Source of the DNA: Vicugna vicugna
Taxonomy: Eukaryota
Reading direction: 5' to 3'
DNA: 64,000 nucleotides
Assembly (NCBI GenBank): GCA_013265495.1
Contig: MU058591.1
Coordinates: 186,001-250,000 of the forward strand
Shown here in pieces: positions 27,706 to 41,654 of this stretch. Made by a program: the position numbers and the translations under genes. The notes beneath the pieces are model-generated. The model saw only the letters and a program-made list of their open reading frames with translations, did no database searches and was not told where the DNA came from. Each line of letters starts with the position of its first letter. Within the stretch, counting starts at the first letter, position 1.

Positions 27706-28517
27706 TTGCAAGTCAAAACTACAATGAGGTATATCACCTCACACCAGTCAGAATGGCCATCATTCAAAAATCCACAAGTGACAAATGCTGGAGAGGCTGT
27801 GGAGAAAAGGGGACCCTCCTGCACTGCTGGTGGGAATGCAGTTTGGTGCAGCCACTGTGGAAAACAGTATGGAGATTCCTCAAAAGACTAGGAATAGACT
27901 TACCGGATGACCCAGGAATCCTGCTCCTGGGCATATATCCAGAAGGAACCCTAATTCAAAAAGACACCTGCACCCCAATGTTCATAGCAGCACCATTTAC
28001 AATAGCCAAGATATGGAAACAGCCTAAATGTCCATCAACAGATGACTGGATAAAGAAGCTGTTGTATGTTTATACAATGGAATATTACTCGGCCATAAAA
28101 ACCAACAACATAACACCATTTGCAGCAACATGGATGTTCCTGGAGAATGTCATTCTAAGTGAAGTAAGCCAGAAAGAGAAAGAAAAATACCATATGAGAT
28201 TGTTCATATGTGGAATCTAAAAAAATTAATAAATACAAAACAGAAGCAGACTCATAGACATAGAATACAAACTTGTGGTTGCCAAGGGGGCGGGAGGTGG
28301 GAAGGGATAGACTCGGGTTTCAAAATGTAGAATGGATAAACAAGATTATACTGTATAGCACAGGGAAATATATACAAGATCTTTTGGTAGCTCACAGAGA
28401 AAAAATGTGACAATGAATTATATGTATGTTCATGTATAACTGAAAAATTGTGCTCTACAGTGAAATTTGACACAACATTGTAAAATGATTATAAATCAAT
28501 AAAAAATGTTTTAAAAA
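27706..28517 (+). mobile_element. Young 5'-truncated L1 (ORF2 C-terminal Cys-rich domain + 3'UTR + A tail) with 14-bp TSD
   Basis: ORF 27753-28220 is the L1 ORF2p C-terminus ([18 protein letters not shown]). TSD aatatggtgtattg at 27692-27705 and 28518-28531; TTT/AA endonuclease-type site. Confidence 0.95.
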
Positions 28518-29186
28518 AATATGGTGTATTGCAATGCCAAATTAGCAGCTATTCCAGAGAACTTACAAAGAGTAAGAACCTGAAGAGAAGTGATAACCTG
28601 GGCAGCTTTCTGTGTCAGTGCACGCGGAGGGGACCGGCACAGGTGTTTAACTCATCTTATAGTGATAGAGCGTATCAGAGTATTAGTAGCCCTATGTGGG
28701 TGTCCAGAAAGGTTTTGAGCTTTTTAGTGTAGGTTTCCTTTTCTAACTTTGGAAAACACAACAGTCCATCCCTGGCCTCAGCCTAGACAATGAGGAATGA
28801 AATCATACCTGTTACGCATTGAACTGTGGCCCCCCGAGATATTTTGAAGTCTTAACCCCTAGACTAGGTTGACCCTTTTGAGGTTGAGGTTTTGGGAGGT
28901 GAGAACTTCTTTCCATTCACCTTCCCTTTTCTCTCTCTCTCTATCTCTCTCTTTTAACATACTTTAAACATTTTCATTTATTTTTCCACTCCCTAACAAA
29001 ATGTACACTTTATTGACTTACATAGTCCATTGTTTCCGTCTTTCCTCTCCTGTCTCAATGGAAACTCCACAGTGGCAGGAATTTCTGTCAATGGGGTTTA
29101 TAGTTGTATCCTCAACATCACTGAAAGGCACCTAGTATGCAATTTATAAATTTTTGCTAAATAAATCTTAGCAGCTGGTGGTTATA

Positions 29187-29711
29187 TGTAGCAGACATAT
29201 GTCATTGCTTTTGTCACCTAGTGCAAATATCCTTTTCATCTGGGGAATTCACACCTGAGGTAACCAAGCCTGTTTATCACCATGACAAAATCCACAGTCA
29301 CAGTATTTGCTATCCCTCCTTCCTCTGCAGCTAGAGTATGGGCATATGTTCTGGGTTCTGGTCATCAATGGGTCACCTCCAGTCCTTGAAAGGGAAGCTA
29401 GCGATGCAGGAAGGCATGGATGCATAGGATCCATTTTGGGAAGGATGGTGACAGCAGAAGCAGCCAGTCATAGCTGCTGGAGGCAGCAGGAAGGGCAGCA
29501 TTTCGTCCCTGGTGTTGTCGGAGCCTTGATGTCCTTCTCCAGATGTGTTGATGGATCCAGTTTACCAGTGTCCTTGTAGGTGTTTCTTCTTGCTCTTTGT
29601 ACTCCAAGCCTGTGTCTCCAGTACACTGAGTGATTTTATGAGCCATCAAGTATTCTCTTAATGAAATATTTTAATATCTAAATTAGCTAAAGTTGTTTTC
29701 TGTTGCTTACA
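29187..29711 (+). mobile_element. Old ERVL/MaLR-type LTR
   Basis: Starts tgtagcagac and ends with the MaLR-like 'gtgagcca..ttct..tttctgttgcttaca'. Confidence 0.55.
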
Positions 29712-30620
29712 TTTACATATATCAGGGTACTGTGAATTTTTTGGAAGTATACAACACAAAAATCCAGTTCAGATCCATAAGTAGCGTTTCAAGTATTATG
29801 GCAAATGTTCTCTCTACCCCTCAATAATGATCATAAAATAGACATAATGATAACTATAGACAGATAATAAATTCATATAATAAAAATGTGTAACCTAACC
29901 AGAAGAGCAGTGTAATGCATTTAATTTCATAGATTTAAGAGGAATTAAAAATATAATTTAAAAAGAATGGTACAGTATAATTTTTATTTAATGTACAAAA
30001 TGTGTTCATTTCAATACTTTTCTTAAGAATTTTATATAGAAGACAAATAACTGATATATTCACAAGGCAGGATGCTCTTTGAATGAGTTGAGAAATTTTA
30101 AGACTGACTTTTTAATGCTTTTCCTTTCTCTATCTGGAACACCTCTCCGAAATACATAATGCACTCAATGCAAAACCATGGTAAAGAGAAATCAGCTATA
30201 ATGATTTCCATTTTCTATTTCATTTGATTAGAAAAGCCTTAGTCAAAAGTACATACACAATATTGTGGCTAAGTCACTGAAGAAGAAACCGGGGGCTAGT
30301 CCCATTTGATCATATCATAGATGCTTCCTATAGTGAAGAATTTCCTATATATATAACGCAAGCAATTTCAAAGGCCACATGCTTTTCTTTGCCTTTTCAT
30401 ATTTTAGATCAAGTTAATTTCAAACATGCAAATATCCCTTTCATAACTCAGTTTGCTGCAGTAGACTGAAGAACAATATTTGGAAAAAGGAGGTGGCTTG
30501 GATTGAACAGATTCCATGCATTTCTGTGCTAATTTAGGTTGACAGCTCAATGATTGTTCTGTACACAGAGTTAAAACAGCAGAAACAAAGACAACTGCGC
30601 ACCAGCTACTCGAAGTTCTC

Positions 30621-30656
30621 TACTGCCCTCTGCTGGATGCTATGGGACATCTGCAC
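30621..30656 (-). promoter_or_regulatory. Candidate CTCF site (core plus upstream motif)
   Basis: Minus strand reads TGCAGATGTCCCATAGCAT-CCAGCAGAGGGCAGTA. The core matches CCASYAGRKGGCRS. Confidence 0.65.
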
Positions 30657-31989
30657 ATTTTATCCTTGGGGAAAAAAGCACGTGTCGGGAGAAATGTTTG
30701 CTTTCTAATCATAATTTCTATATGTTTTAGCTGATGGAAAGATATCAAGAATAAATTAATTTCAGTAGAGAATAATTTTAAAATTTATGCAATGAAACAT
30801 TTTTAGATTTCTGAATTGCCAAAGATAATAACCTAAGAATTACTCCTTTTCCAGCATGATGTTTCGGAAGGGTATAAGAATAATTTGTTCCCGCTTTATA
30901 ATTTGCAAGGGATTTTCTTTTATTTGTCTGACATTTGAAAGTAAGCCATCTCACCTATTTTCAGGTAATCAGTGGTCTTTCTGAACTTGTATTCTATTTC
31001 ATTGTTTTTCATTAAACAACTAGATGTTTATTGCTGGTTATCCTCAAATGCTTTAGGGGATGTTGCTAACAGGAGGAAAAAAGATAGAGGGTGAGAAGTG
31101 GGCTTACAAAACACAATTTGCTATGATTTCTTGGCAAGGTGAAACTAGAAATGTGAGCTTTATCAATAATAGAAAATCAAATCAAGTCAATAAGTATTTA
31201 CTGAGTTCTGTCTAGCTAGAAGTCTCGTTAGTCATAGTGTGTAATACGAAAAATTAACTTCTAAGAATTGAAGGAAATGATTTCTTTCTTTCTCTCGCTT
31301 TCTGTAGCTTTTTTTTTTTCTCTCTCTCTCTCTCTTTCTTTTCTCATTTCCTAACAATGGAAAAGAGTAAGAATAAAACTATAGACCTAGGGTAGGAAAA
31401 GTGCAGAAATAATGTAAAAAGCCTTAATTTGAATTACGTGTTTATTGTTTGACACTTAACAACAGTTAAGCTATACATGACAGAATGTAAGTTAAGCAGA
31501 AGGTAGTGTTTCAAGTTCCACATTTTGGGAGGAGCCAGGAAATTAACTGGAAAGCCCTTAGAATGGAAATAAGCGGCGTTTGAATGCTACTCTGAGTGTG
31601 AGAAGGTGATGTCATGAGAAACAAGAAGGGGCTGGATACAAAGATGGAAGTGTAAATGTGGGTGGGATTAGTCATCCTGTTTAGCCAAAAAGAGGGAAAG
31701 CAGAAAGGGAGGGTGGAATCTCCCAGCTGCCATTTATGTGCACGACACTCATGCCCTATAAATTTGCTGTGAAAAGGAATAGGATTAATGCTAGCCCCAG
31801 TCTGTCTTCAGAGATATCTCATAATAGTCGAGATCAGCCAGGCAAATAGAAACTACCTTTATAGTGGGAGGAAGGAATGTGATGGAGAGAATTAAAGTCT
31901 TGCAAAACCATTAGAAGAACTGTGCAGCACAGAGCTCTGAAGCCAAAGCCATCCCTTCCTACACATCTTTCGACTTCACAAAGTCTTTC

Positions 31990-32900
31990 TTCCAGTAGAA
32001 GTTTCATAGTTTTATGTAATCATCTATCTTTAATCTTTGTGGCTTCTGGATTTTGTGTCTTATTTAGGAAGACTTCCCCCAATGCAATATAGCAAAGATG
32101 TTATTCTGTATGTATTCTAATATTTTTCACAGTTTCTTTTTTTTTTTTTTGAGTTTAGATTTAATTCCTCTGGGGTTTATTTTCTCATATTATCTTTCCG
32201 CTAAAGAATGAACCTATAAATTTGTATTTAAAATATTCCATTGAGATTTTGTTTATAGTTAGGTTGAATATATGGACTAACTTCACAAGAACTTCCATCA
32301 TTACCAAATTAACTCTTTGCAAAACATAGGGTATTTCTCAATACACTAAGTTGTATTTTTTATCTATTAGTGAAATATAATAGCTTTCCTTGTTTAAATT
32401 TTATTCTTTTGAGGTTTATTCCTATGTATTTTTGTCTTTTGTGTAAGGTATCTTTTTTTTATTTTTGAAAATTTGTGATCACTCACATATAGAAAAACAT
32501 TGATTTCTGTATGGTATATTGGCATCCAATCACACTTTTAAACTCATCTATGATTTTTAGTTATTTTTCTATTGATTCTCATATTTCTCTAAGTCCCAAT
32601 AAAATTTGTCTCTTTATTTCCTACTATTTATATCTCATTTTTTTCTTGCCTTATTGCAGCAGGCAAAATTTTTACTCTGATGTTGAACAACTGGAGGAAT
32701 AGCAGGCATCTTGTTATATTCTGACTATATTGAAAACCTTTCTAATAGTCATTATTAAGTATCATTTTGCTGCAGTTTTCTAATATATATAATTATAGGG
32801 ATATCCACCTATTTGAAGCTAAACAGTTTTCATCAGGAATGGTTATAAGCTATCAAATTATTTTGGAATATACTGAAATCACTTTATTATGTGTTTTTTT
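31990..32900 (-). mobile_element. Degenerate L1ME-like ORF2 fragments
   Basis: Antisense L1 motifs (aggtttattcctatgtatttt, cattgatttctgtat, caggaatggtt). Confidence 0.6.
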
Positions 32901-34929
32901 TTTTCTCTTTACGCTGTAAACCTAGCAAACTATTCCAGTAGCTGTTCTTGTTCTGAACCCTTTGCACTCTCACGGATCTTCAATAGGAGCTGTCAGTTCT
33001 GGTTATTTGTTTTAGATCTTCTCCTTTAAGTTTTCTGCCATGATGCAGTGATTAACAACATTAGTCTTTGTGTCATTATTCATTGTTTTAGTCTGTTTAT
33101 GTTGTAAAGTAGAATTTCTTAAGCAATGGCTTTTTTTTTTCAGACAGTGAAACATAGGAATAAGGGAAGGTAAAGAATGAGGCTGGGTTTTCTGGTTACG
33201 GGTAGAGCATGGGGAGAGGCCCCTCTGTGCACTCGGTCTTTTCTGGGTATAAGCTCAGAAAGTTTGTCTTCTCAAAGCCATGGAAGGGGAAGAGGAGAAG
33301 TTCTGTTCTTTAGGACAATCACTCTGGCAGGATAAGCCTTCTCTGAGGTTTGCACACACAGAGCAACGCATACCTACCCCATGGACCGAAGGGGTGACCT
33401 AATCTAGTCAGTTGTCCCTCTGTGGTCAGCGGTCATTCCTAGTGAATGGCATAGAATTTTTCTTCAATGATCATATTTGAGCAGTCATAGCTGCTCCCTG
33501 CCTGGCCTCATGCTGACCCATCAGGGATACAGAGAAGATCTGCACACTACTCCTGACCACCCAGCCTCTGCTGCCGCTGCTACACAGGGCAGATGCGAAG
33601 AACAGATGCGACGGGAGGGACTTGAAAGCGTGAGCCTGATTGCAAACTGACAGAATGCACAGGAGTCCCAACATCAGGCTGGTCTTTTGTGTTCGCAGCA
33701 AAGAAAAGGGTAGCAAGTGATACAATCAAGCTTATTTGATACTCTGCCTATCCTAAGAGGACAACGGAAAAAGTAACTAAAATACAAATAATTTGGTGAC
33801 TTTAAAGGACCACTGCTTAAATAAATACGACATGTAGCTAGCTCCTCAGATATGAAGTGGCCTAACTTTATAACTTGAACATTTTCATCCAAGAATTTCA
33901 AAACCATTTTTCAATGCAAATGACAAGAGCGTCAGACAAATCTGGGCGTCCAGACTCATAACCTACTCCTTATGTCACTACAGACACTACGTTATGTTTT
34001 AAGACAACTTTTAAATCATTCTTCTACTGTTCATTATGTTAAATATCACAGTTGTCAGATCAGTTCATAATCATTAGTCTTTCTTAATACTGCAAATAAA
34101 AGTGATCACGTTTCTCAATTCCTTATTAAAATTGCATCTAGTTTAGCCTGCCTTCTTGCCAGCAACCAAAGTAAGGAACAGCAGTTAATATAGCATGAGA
34201 CATCCTATGTGCTGTATTTCTGGATCTGCTGGCAATATTTTAATAGCTCAGTTTATGACAAAGACATCTCATTGGAAAGATATAATAATGATCTAAGTTT
34301 TGATACTAACAGCATTTAGAGTTATTGAAAGCATTGCTTGAGCTCTTAGTGGCCCACGGTAAACTGAACATAAAAGAACAGGCAAGCAAATCAGAATTTT
34401 TTTTACATAAAAATTTACATTAAATATTTAAAAGCATCTGATTTTTGTTTAACAGTTTAGAAATCTAAGGATTTTAGGCACTACTGATTTTAACAAAATG
34501 TTTTATGCCATAATATCATACAAGTTCTTGTGCCAAAGTCTAGAATATGGACTTCACCTTTCACAGTGTTTCTTTTTAAATTATTAATAAAGGTTTGAAA
34601 ATCATCTAGAGTTTTGGTTCAGAAATATTAGCTCTGATTTATTTCTGAATATCTATCATGTGCCAGAAACTTCGCTAGGCTTTAAAAGACTTCATAATAA
34701 AATTATAAAAAGCTAAGCACACAGACGTGTAAATAAACAATTTCAGTTCCAGTTGATGACTGCTCCAATGGAGCAGGTCAAAATACACAGACACTGTGCA
34801 CTTTCAGACCTGTGTCTGCCTCAGAGATGTAGGAAAGACCTTACTGAAAAGAGAACAACAGAACCAAGACAAAGAATGACCAGGGGCTGACCAGGAAGAT
34901 GAGTGGGGAAAGCCATTTAAATAGGGTGT

Positions 34930-35850
34930 ATCTATTCTTAGGACTTCAACTATCGTCTGTATGCTAACATCTCTGAAAAGTGTATCTTAAGCTCAAATTT
35001 ATCTCCTGCCTCAATACCCTTATATTGAATTCTCACAGGATATCTCCATTTGGATATTATACTCTATCCAGTCTCTTCTCTGTCCAATCCATCCATAACT
35101 TGTTCTTTCTCTTGTAGTCCCCATATCAGCAAATACTGCCACCTTCTGTCCAGTGCAACAAGCAAAACCCTGGGATATTAGTTTTGAGTCCCCATTTTCC
35201 GTCATATCCGGTATCAAATGAGTCACCAAGCTTGGCCAGTCCTGCATGTGTCATGTCTCCTATGACATGCAGTTTACCTCAACATGTCTATGGTTTGGTG
35301 CAAGTCTTTGCATTTTCTCCCTTGAAATATTATAGCAATATTCTAATTGGCCATCCCACTTCTGTCAGATTCCTTCCATTTTATTCTCCAAACAACCACT
35401 AAAGCTGCCTTTCTGAAAAGTACATTTGATTACGTCTCTCCCCCATTTGAAGTCTTCAGATGGGTTCTCTTTATGGCTGAAATCATAGCATACAAGGCCC
35501 TTCATGGCCTGGTTCTCCTGTAATCCAGCTCCGTGCCTCCCTACAACCCACTCTCTGACAGGCACTATGCTTTTCCGAGACTTGACTCTTCATAAAGTTC
35601 TAATTCTGAGTGACCTTGACATCTCTTTACATCCTTCAAAATCTATTAGCCCTTCAAATTCTATCCAGTTGCCACTTTTTCCATGAAGACTTTGCTATTT
35701 TCTAATCTATATCCCATCATTCAAAGGCTCCCTCCCACTTAGATGTTCCCTCTCTATACTTTGCAAATAATTGGCGGTTGTCATCCTGCATTTTAACTGT
35801 CTTCTGATCTCTTTCATTACTCTAGGGTATATCTTGAGTATTTCAGAAGT
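34930..35850 (+). mobile_element. L2 remnant
   Basis: Motifs 'atcgtctgtatgctaac..ctc', 'atatctccatttggat', 'tacaaggcccttcat..cctgg'. Confidence 0.75.
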
Positions 35851-36849
35851 GAATATACTGGCTATAGCAGCTGGTAAATAGTCTTTTTGTGACATTTTTT
35901 CAAATAAAAGATCTAGTTTTGTTTTCTCAAGGAATTTAAATAGGGATAACTTTTTGAAAAGAAATTTTTAATTTAAGGAAGCTATACTTTTCCTCACCTT
36001 GCTGACAGATACTTCTTAAAAGAGTACTATGAGAAATAAAAGAGATAAGAGCTGGAAAAATGACAGCATTCTTCAAAGTAAAAAATAAAACAAAAATGTA
36101 CATTTATTCTGAAAATGTGTATTGAGTATCTATCATATTTTGGTTAGTGTACCAGAACCGAAATTACAACGGTTAATAAAAATGACACTCCATACACTCT
36201 TGAGTTTACTTGAGTTTACATTGTTGTGTTCAGGACTTGGAGACAGGTTACCTGCATTTGATCTGGAACTTATATACTTCCTAGCTATGTCATGTGATAC
36301 CTCAGTGTTAGCGTCTCTAAAGTTATAGAGTAGGAACATGCGTAACAAATTTAGAGTAATAGTATAACGTATCATGATTTATTACAGCTTTCAACACTAA
36401 TTCACATTCTTCATCTCATTCAAAGAAGCTTTCTCGGATTCTTCTTATTCTATTATAATCTGGTTACACGTTAACATATACCAATACACGTAACGTTCTT
36501 AGAACACTACCTAGTACATGGTATGTTTTCCATGAATATTGATCATTGTTGGTGGTGTTATTTGAGGCACAAATTGAGTCTGTCTGTCTGGAACACTGAT
36601 GAGAATCCAGATCCAGCTCTTTGTTTCCGTCCCGTGCAGCTCAGAGGAACCAGCCTGAATCTCCAGGAAGGCATGGACTGTTACTCTGGGGAAGAATCAA
36701 GACAGTGGTATACATTGCAGGTGCACAGAATGGGTGGTGAGGGAGTGATGGGTGAGGGAGAACACTCACGCACGAAGGGCATCCCTCTGTGGGACAACAC
36801 CGGCCCTATGCTGGCTTCTCTGAAACACAACTGCAACTCCACGTGCTCT

Positions 36850-37130
36850 AGTTAAAAATCAGACATGTCTAGGAAGGGAAGAGCTACAGAGAAAGAAAGT
36901 CAATCAGTTGCCCAGGGCTGGTGGGCCAGGAGAGGATGGGCAGTCAGAAGTGAACAGTGACTGCTGATTGGCAGGAGGATTCTTTGGGACGGGGGGTGGG
37001 TGAGAAAAATGAATTAAAGTTAGATTAGAGTGATGCTTGCACAACCTTGCAAATAAAACCCATGGACTTGTACACGTTAAACGAGTGAACTTCATGATAG
37101 GTAAACTATAAATCAATAATTCTGTTTTTA
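36850..37130 (+). mobile_element. L1M 3' end fragment
   Basis: Motifs 'tcagttgcccagggctgg', 'tgcacaaccttg', 'acacgttaaacgagtgaactt', 'aactataaatcaata'. Confidence 0.75.
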
Positions 37131-38353
37131 TAACAAGTAAACAAGAAAAACTTGATCATCTAGCAAACATGCTTTTGAAGGAGTAACTGAATGAATCAGT
37201 TTGAGAAAATAATTAAAGCTGAGAAACACATTATTTCCCACAGATAGGCAGGCCTCGCTTTGAACTGTTTTCCATTTTGCCTTTTAGCTCATTGAAGTCT
37301 GATAGGCTGAGATTTAGGCTGATTTTTAGTAGCTGTATAAAGGCAGCACTTTATAGGCTAATTGCACCCCCCCCCCCCGCGATCTGTGACGCGGGGGCGG
37401 TGCAGCGTGGTGGTGAAATAAGGAAACGGGCTCTGGAGTCAGAATGCCTAGACTCCAGGCGTCGCTCCGGCAGTTACCAGCTGGGGACCGGAGGTGAGTT
37501 GGTGTCTCTACGTCTTGGTTTCCCATCTGTAAAACGGAGATCACTGTGCCTACGTGACAGGCGAGTCCTCCGTGGGCTGGCACTTGTCAGTGAGACCCTG
37601 GGGAACACCAGGCTCCTGGAGCCTCAGCTGCCTCACGCCTGGAAGTGAGGAAACTTTCTACGCCCGGGGCGGGACGTCAAGGGTGAATGTCTCGCACCTA
37701 TAGAAGGTTTCCTGGCTCTGGCTTCTTCACTAACAGGAGGGAGACAAATGCTGATCCCCACCTGCCCATCCCCACCCCCCGCAAGAATTCACACCAGCCC
37801 TCAGCCCAGAGGTGGGGCGTCTTGCTTGTCTGTTTGGCTTTCCTGTCCTTCATGCTGTGTTCTGGCCAGTTGTGACCCGGGTGACTGACAGAATGCAGCC
37901 CGAGGGCAGGAGGCAGAGGCAGGTGGGCGGGGAGCCTGGTACAGCTAGAACCGAAGGCTGGGGGGCGTGGGGGGCAATGGTTCCAGATGCCCTTCAGGCA
38001 TCTCGAGGAAGGTCGTCATCATCAGCTCTGGAGCCCATGGGTGCTGAGGGGCTGCTGGACAGAGACACACGGGACACCAGGCAATTCCAGGAGAAAAGAG
38101 GAAGACTTCCCAAGGGTGATGCAAGTGCCTCCGAGGGCAGATTCCGTCCCTGCCCCGTTTCAGGAATGGGGCCCCATGGGACGAGAGATCAGAGGCAGTC
38201 CTTAACAAAACACGAATGCACTTGTTTCCTTATTCACCCATCTCCCTAGCAACGTGATTCATCTCCTTCCTCCAACATCATATTATGACCGATCATAATA
38301 TTGGGAATCTTGAGAGTAATCTAGCTCATTGCAGCAGAAGTCATCAGAAAGCA

Positions 38354-38558
38354 TTAGGAGTTTGGGGTCAGCAGATACACACTACTATATCTAAAATGGA
38401 TAGACAACAAGGTCCTCCTGTAGAGCATGGGGAACTATATTCATTATCTTATAATAACCTATAATGAAAGGAATATATATACATATAACTGAATCACTAT
38501 TCTGTGCACCAGAAACTAACACAACCTTGTAAATCAACTACACCTCAACTGAAAAAGA
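38354..38558 (+). mobile_element. Short L1 3' end (cetartiodactyl type) with 16-bp imperfect TSD
   Basis: Motifs 'ggagtttggggtcagcagatacacactactatat', 'acaaggtcctcctgtagagc', 'aaatcaactacacctcaa'. TSD aagtcatcagaaagca / aagtcatcggagagca. Confidence 0.85.
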
Positions 38559-41500
38559 AAGTCATCGGAGAGCAAATATAAGCTTTGGAAAACAGAAGCA
38601 GATTCTGTCAAGCCAGTCGCTGTGGCTTTGACTTTGAGGCGGCTGGATTCTAGGGCACGCTCCCCTTTTGGAGATGCAGGTGTGCGCGGTGGAGGCAGGT
38701 GCAGGAGGCGGACAGGGTCCGGGTGGCCGCAGAGCCGAGAGCCTCCACGTCAGCCTGACTCTTCCCGTCCAGCTCTTCCATGTGACCTCCCTGGGGGTGG
38801 CCCTCTCTCCTGGTTTCCAAGCTTTCTTCCCTTTCTTTTACACTCTCACGTCCACCTTTGTGTGCCCTGTGGTTTTATTTTGTCTTCGTAGCCTGCGCTT
38901 TCCACCCAGCTGTCATGACAGTGTTCCCCTGTGACTTCTCAGGTTCACACCTGGCGAGGTCACGGTGAAGCTTCTAAGCCTTTACGTGAACGTGTGCTCA
39001 GAGACACAGGGCATGCTTGTGCCTCTTGTGATTCTTAAGCCCTGTGTGTGGCTTGGAATTCGCAACATGGGTTGACACTTAGACGTCTTAATCTCAAAAA
39101 CAGTATTGAAATGTTCAGAAAAGCATGGAAGTCTTGTACACCAGGCCATTGCCAACCTGCCGACAAGATGATCGATGACTGGAGGGGGCTCTCTCGTCAT
39201 CACCTGGTGTTTCCACAGTGCACAGCTGAGCGGGAACTCTGCTCCTCTGGGCCTAGAGGAAAGAAATTCAACTGTTGTATATGGAGAGTAGACTCAGTTT
39301 TGTCTTTCAAATCCAGGCAACTTTTTTCTGCTTTGTGACATACGTGTTCATTTTAATAGATAACTTTTTTCTCTTCATCTAATAAAAGGGATGTTCCAGG
39401 AAGGGACACCGGGTAATCCTCTGCTTTGTCTACCCCTCCAGCACATCACCAGGTATCCCCAGTAATTCATGGTCCCAGTTTCAGAAGCCAGACTAAGGCC
39501 ATGTCAAACTTGTTAAAAAGATAGAGAGAAAGGGGGACAGCAGAGTATTGAAGGGCTGTCAGTCATTCACACTATAGTCTAAATGCACTTCCCTTTCCTG
39601 AGGAGTAGGTTTAAGGTCAGGAAAGAGGAGCAAGAAAGGGGCCCTGCATAAATGTGGCAGCAGAAGGTACAAAGAGGAGGAAGGGAAGCTGGGATTAGCA
39701 AGGTCAGCCCCCCCCCCAGCCCCGTGTCTGGCCCAGGGCCAGCCCTGATCCTCTGACATCAGTGAGCAGGCATTTGTGGCATTTGTTACACACCTGCTGG
39801 TCCCAGAACATTCCATTCTGAGGCCCTTTGCCAGCAGAAGGCTGCATGAAAGCCCCAGGGAGACAAGCCCCGGCTGGGACCTGGCTGGGACCTGGCTGGG
39901 AGTTCAGGCCACAGTGATGATCAGCCAGGAGTTTTTCCCTTCCAGGCACCTCTGGCTCCTTATTAAGTCTCAGCTCCGGGGCTGCCAGGAAAGGTGACTT
40001 TCCCACCCAAAAGGTGACTTCCAGGCCAGGTCAGAAATGGCATCATGGCTCCTGGCCTTGAGGACGTACCCGCGGGCCCCAGAGGAAGGGCTGCAGGAAG
40101 GCCTCTGTCGGGTTCCCTGTGCCGCCATCACGTCCGGCTGCCGCAGTGGCTGCTGGCTGCACAGCCGGTCCTCGGGGTTCTTGGGAAGGGGCTCCAGCTG
40201 GCTCATCTGAGACCAGAGCCTGCCCAGTGCACCCCTGGGACCCCAGGAGCCCTTTCAGGGGGGTGGCTTTGGACCCAGTGGAGAGGGACAGGGTCTCACT
40301 GACACCCCCGGCCTGGGTCTGTGAAGGGGAGGGCACGGAGCCCACTTCCTCCAGCTGGGCTTATTGTTTAGGGCCAATGACGCTCCCCCGGGGGTCAGAC
40401 TGTCCTGAAGCCAAGTCCTCGACACTCAGGTTGAGTCTGGGTCCCTCACGTCCGAATGCAGACTCGCTGTTCTCGGGGCGCAATTCCGCCTCTGGTGGGC
40501 GCCGCTCGTGACCTGCACCCAGCAGGAGCTCCCAGGCTCTGGCATTTCTGGGCTTGTATCAAGCTGAGGGCTTGATGCCCGTCACTGTCATTCCTTCTCG
40601 TGACAAGCCTTCGAAGGAGTTCTTTTATTATCTCTGTTAGAGGACGGGGACGCTGAAGGTGAGAGAGGCCAAGGTCCAAGGCCACAGAGCCAGCAAGTGA
40701 TGGGCGACACTGGGCACAAAACCCGTCGTCTGAGGCCAGCTGCCCGCCACCCCACACCCAGTGCCGGGTGGGTGGGAAGAGGACGCTCTGGGAACACACA
40801 GGCCGGGGAGGCTACCTCCCCCTTCTGAGGTCTAAGGTTAAACAGCCAGGTCAGGGGCACCGTCCAAATACCTGGTCCCCAGCTGGGCAGGATGTCAGTC
40901 AAGGGCTAACAGGAGCTCATTAGAAGAGGTTACAGCCTCCATCCCAGCAGCCCCGAGATCTAAGTGACACACAGGACACGACCAGAGGAGTGAGGCCAGG
41001 CCAGACCCTGCTTATCAAGGTGCCCGGACCCCGGGTTAACATGGAGAGCCCGAGGAAGGGAACAGATTCCGCCACCTCAGCAGGAAGCAGGGCCTTCTTC
41101 CGTCCTGCTCTTAAATGCACTCGTTTCTCCAGTAAACCAGGCGCCGGGGAACGAGGGCTTCGTGCCCACTGGCTGCACTTCCCAAATCAACAGTCTCCAC
41201 CCGGGGCTGCCTCGGGGACAGTGGGGCTGAGTGTTTGAAGCCGGGACTGAACCAAAACCTGGGTCCTGCGGTCACTGGACATGGTGTCCTCCCTTCCTCC
41301 AGCCCCTCTGCTCCCCCACCCCGCCCACTATGGACCAAAATAAACAGAGCACAGTCCTGCCAGCGTGGGGGGTTCCCCCATCAGCCAGCGGGGCCGGCGG
41401 AGGTGGGGGTGCAGGGTGGGGTGTGGGTCTCCAAGAAGCGCGGCTCTCTCCCAACACAATAAGCAGGTGCCGAGAGGTGTGTGTTCTTTAAAAGTCTTTT

Positions 41501-41654
41501 GGAATCACTTTCTGAAGAAAGGATGCGACGTATGTTAGCTGTGGCCGCACAGACTTGGGGGCGAGTGGGGACCCCTTCTTCTCCCTCAACTTCTCGAGCC
41601 AGTAAGCCCTGAGCACAGGAAGGCGGGACCAAGAGCGGACCGCTCCAGGGTCCG

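Noticed and set aside
27753..28220. 155-aa ORF as a host gene
   Set aside because: It is the L1 ORF2p C-terminus inside a 5'-truncated insertion with no promoter.
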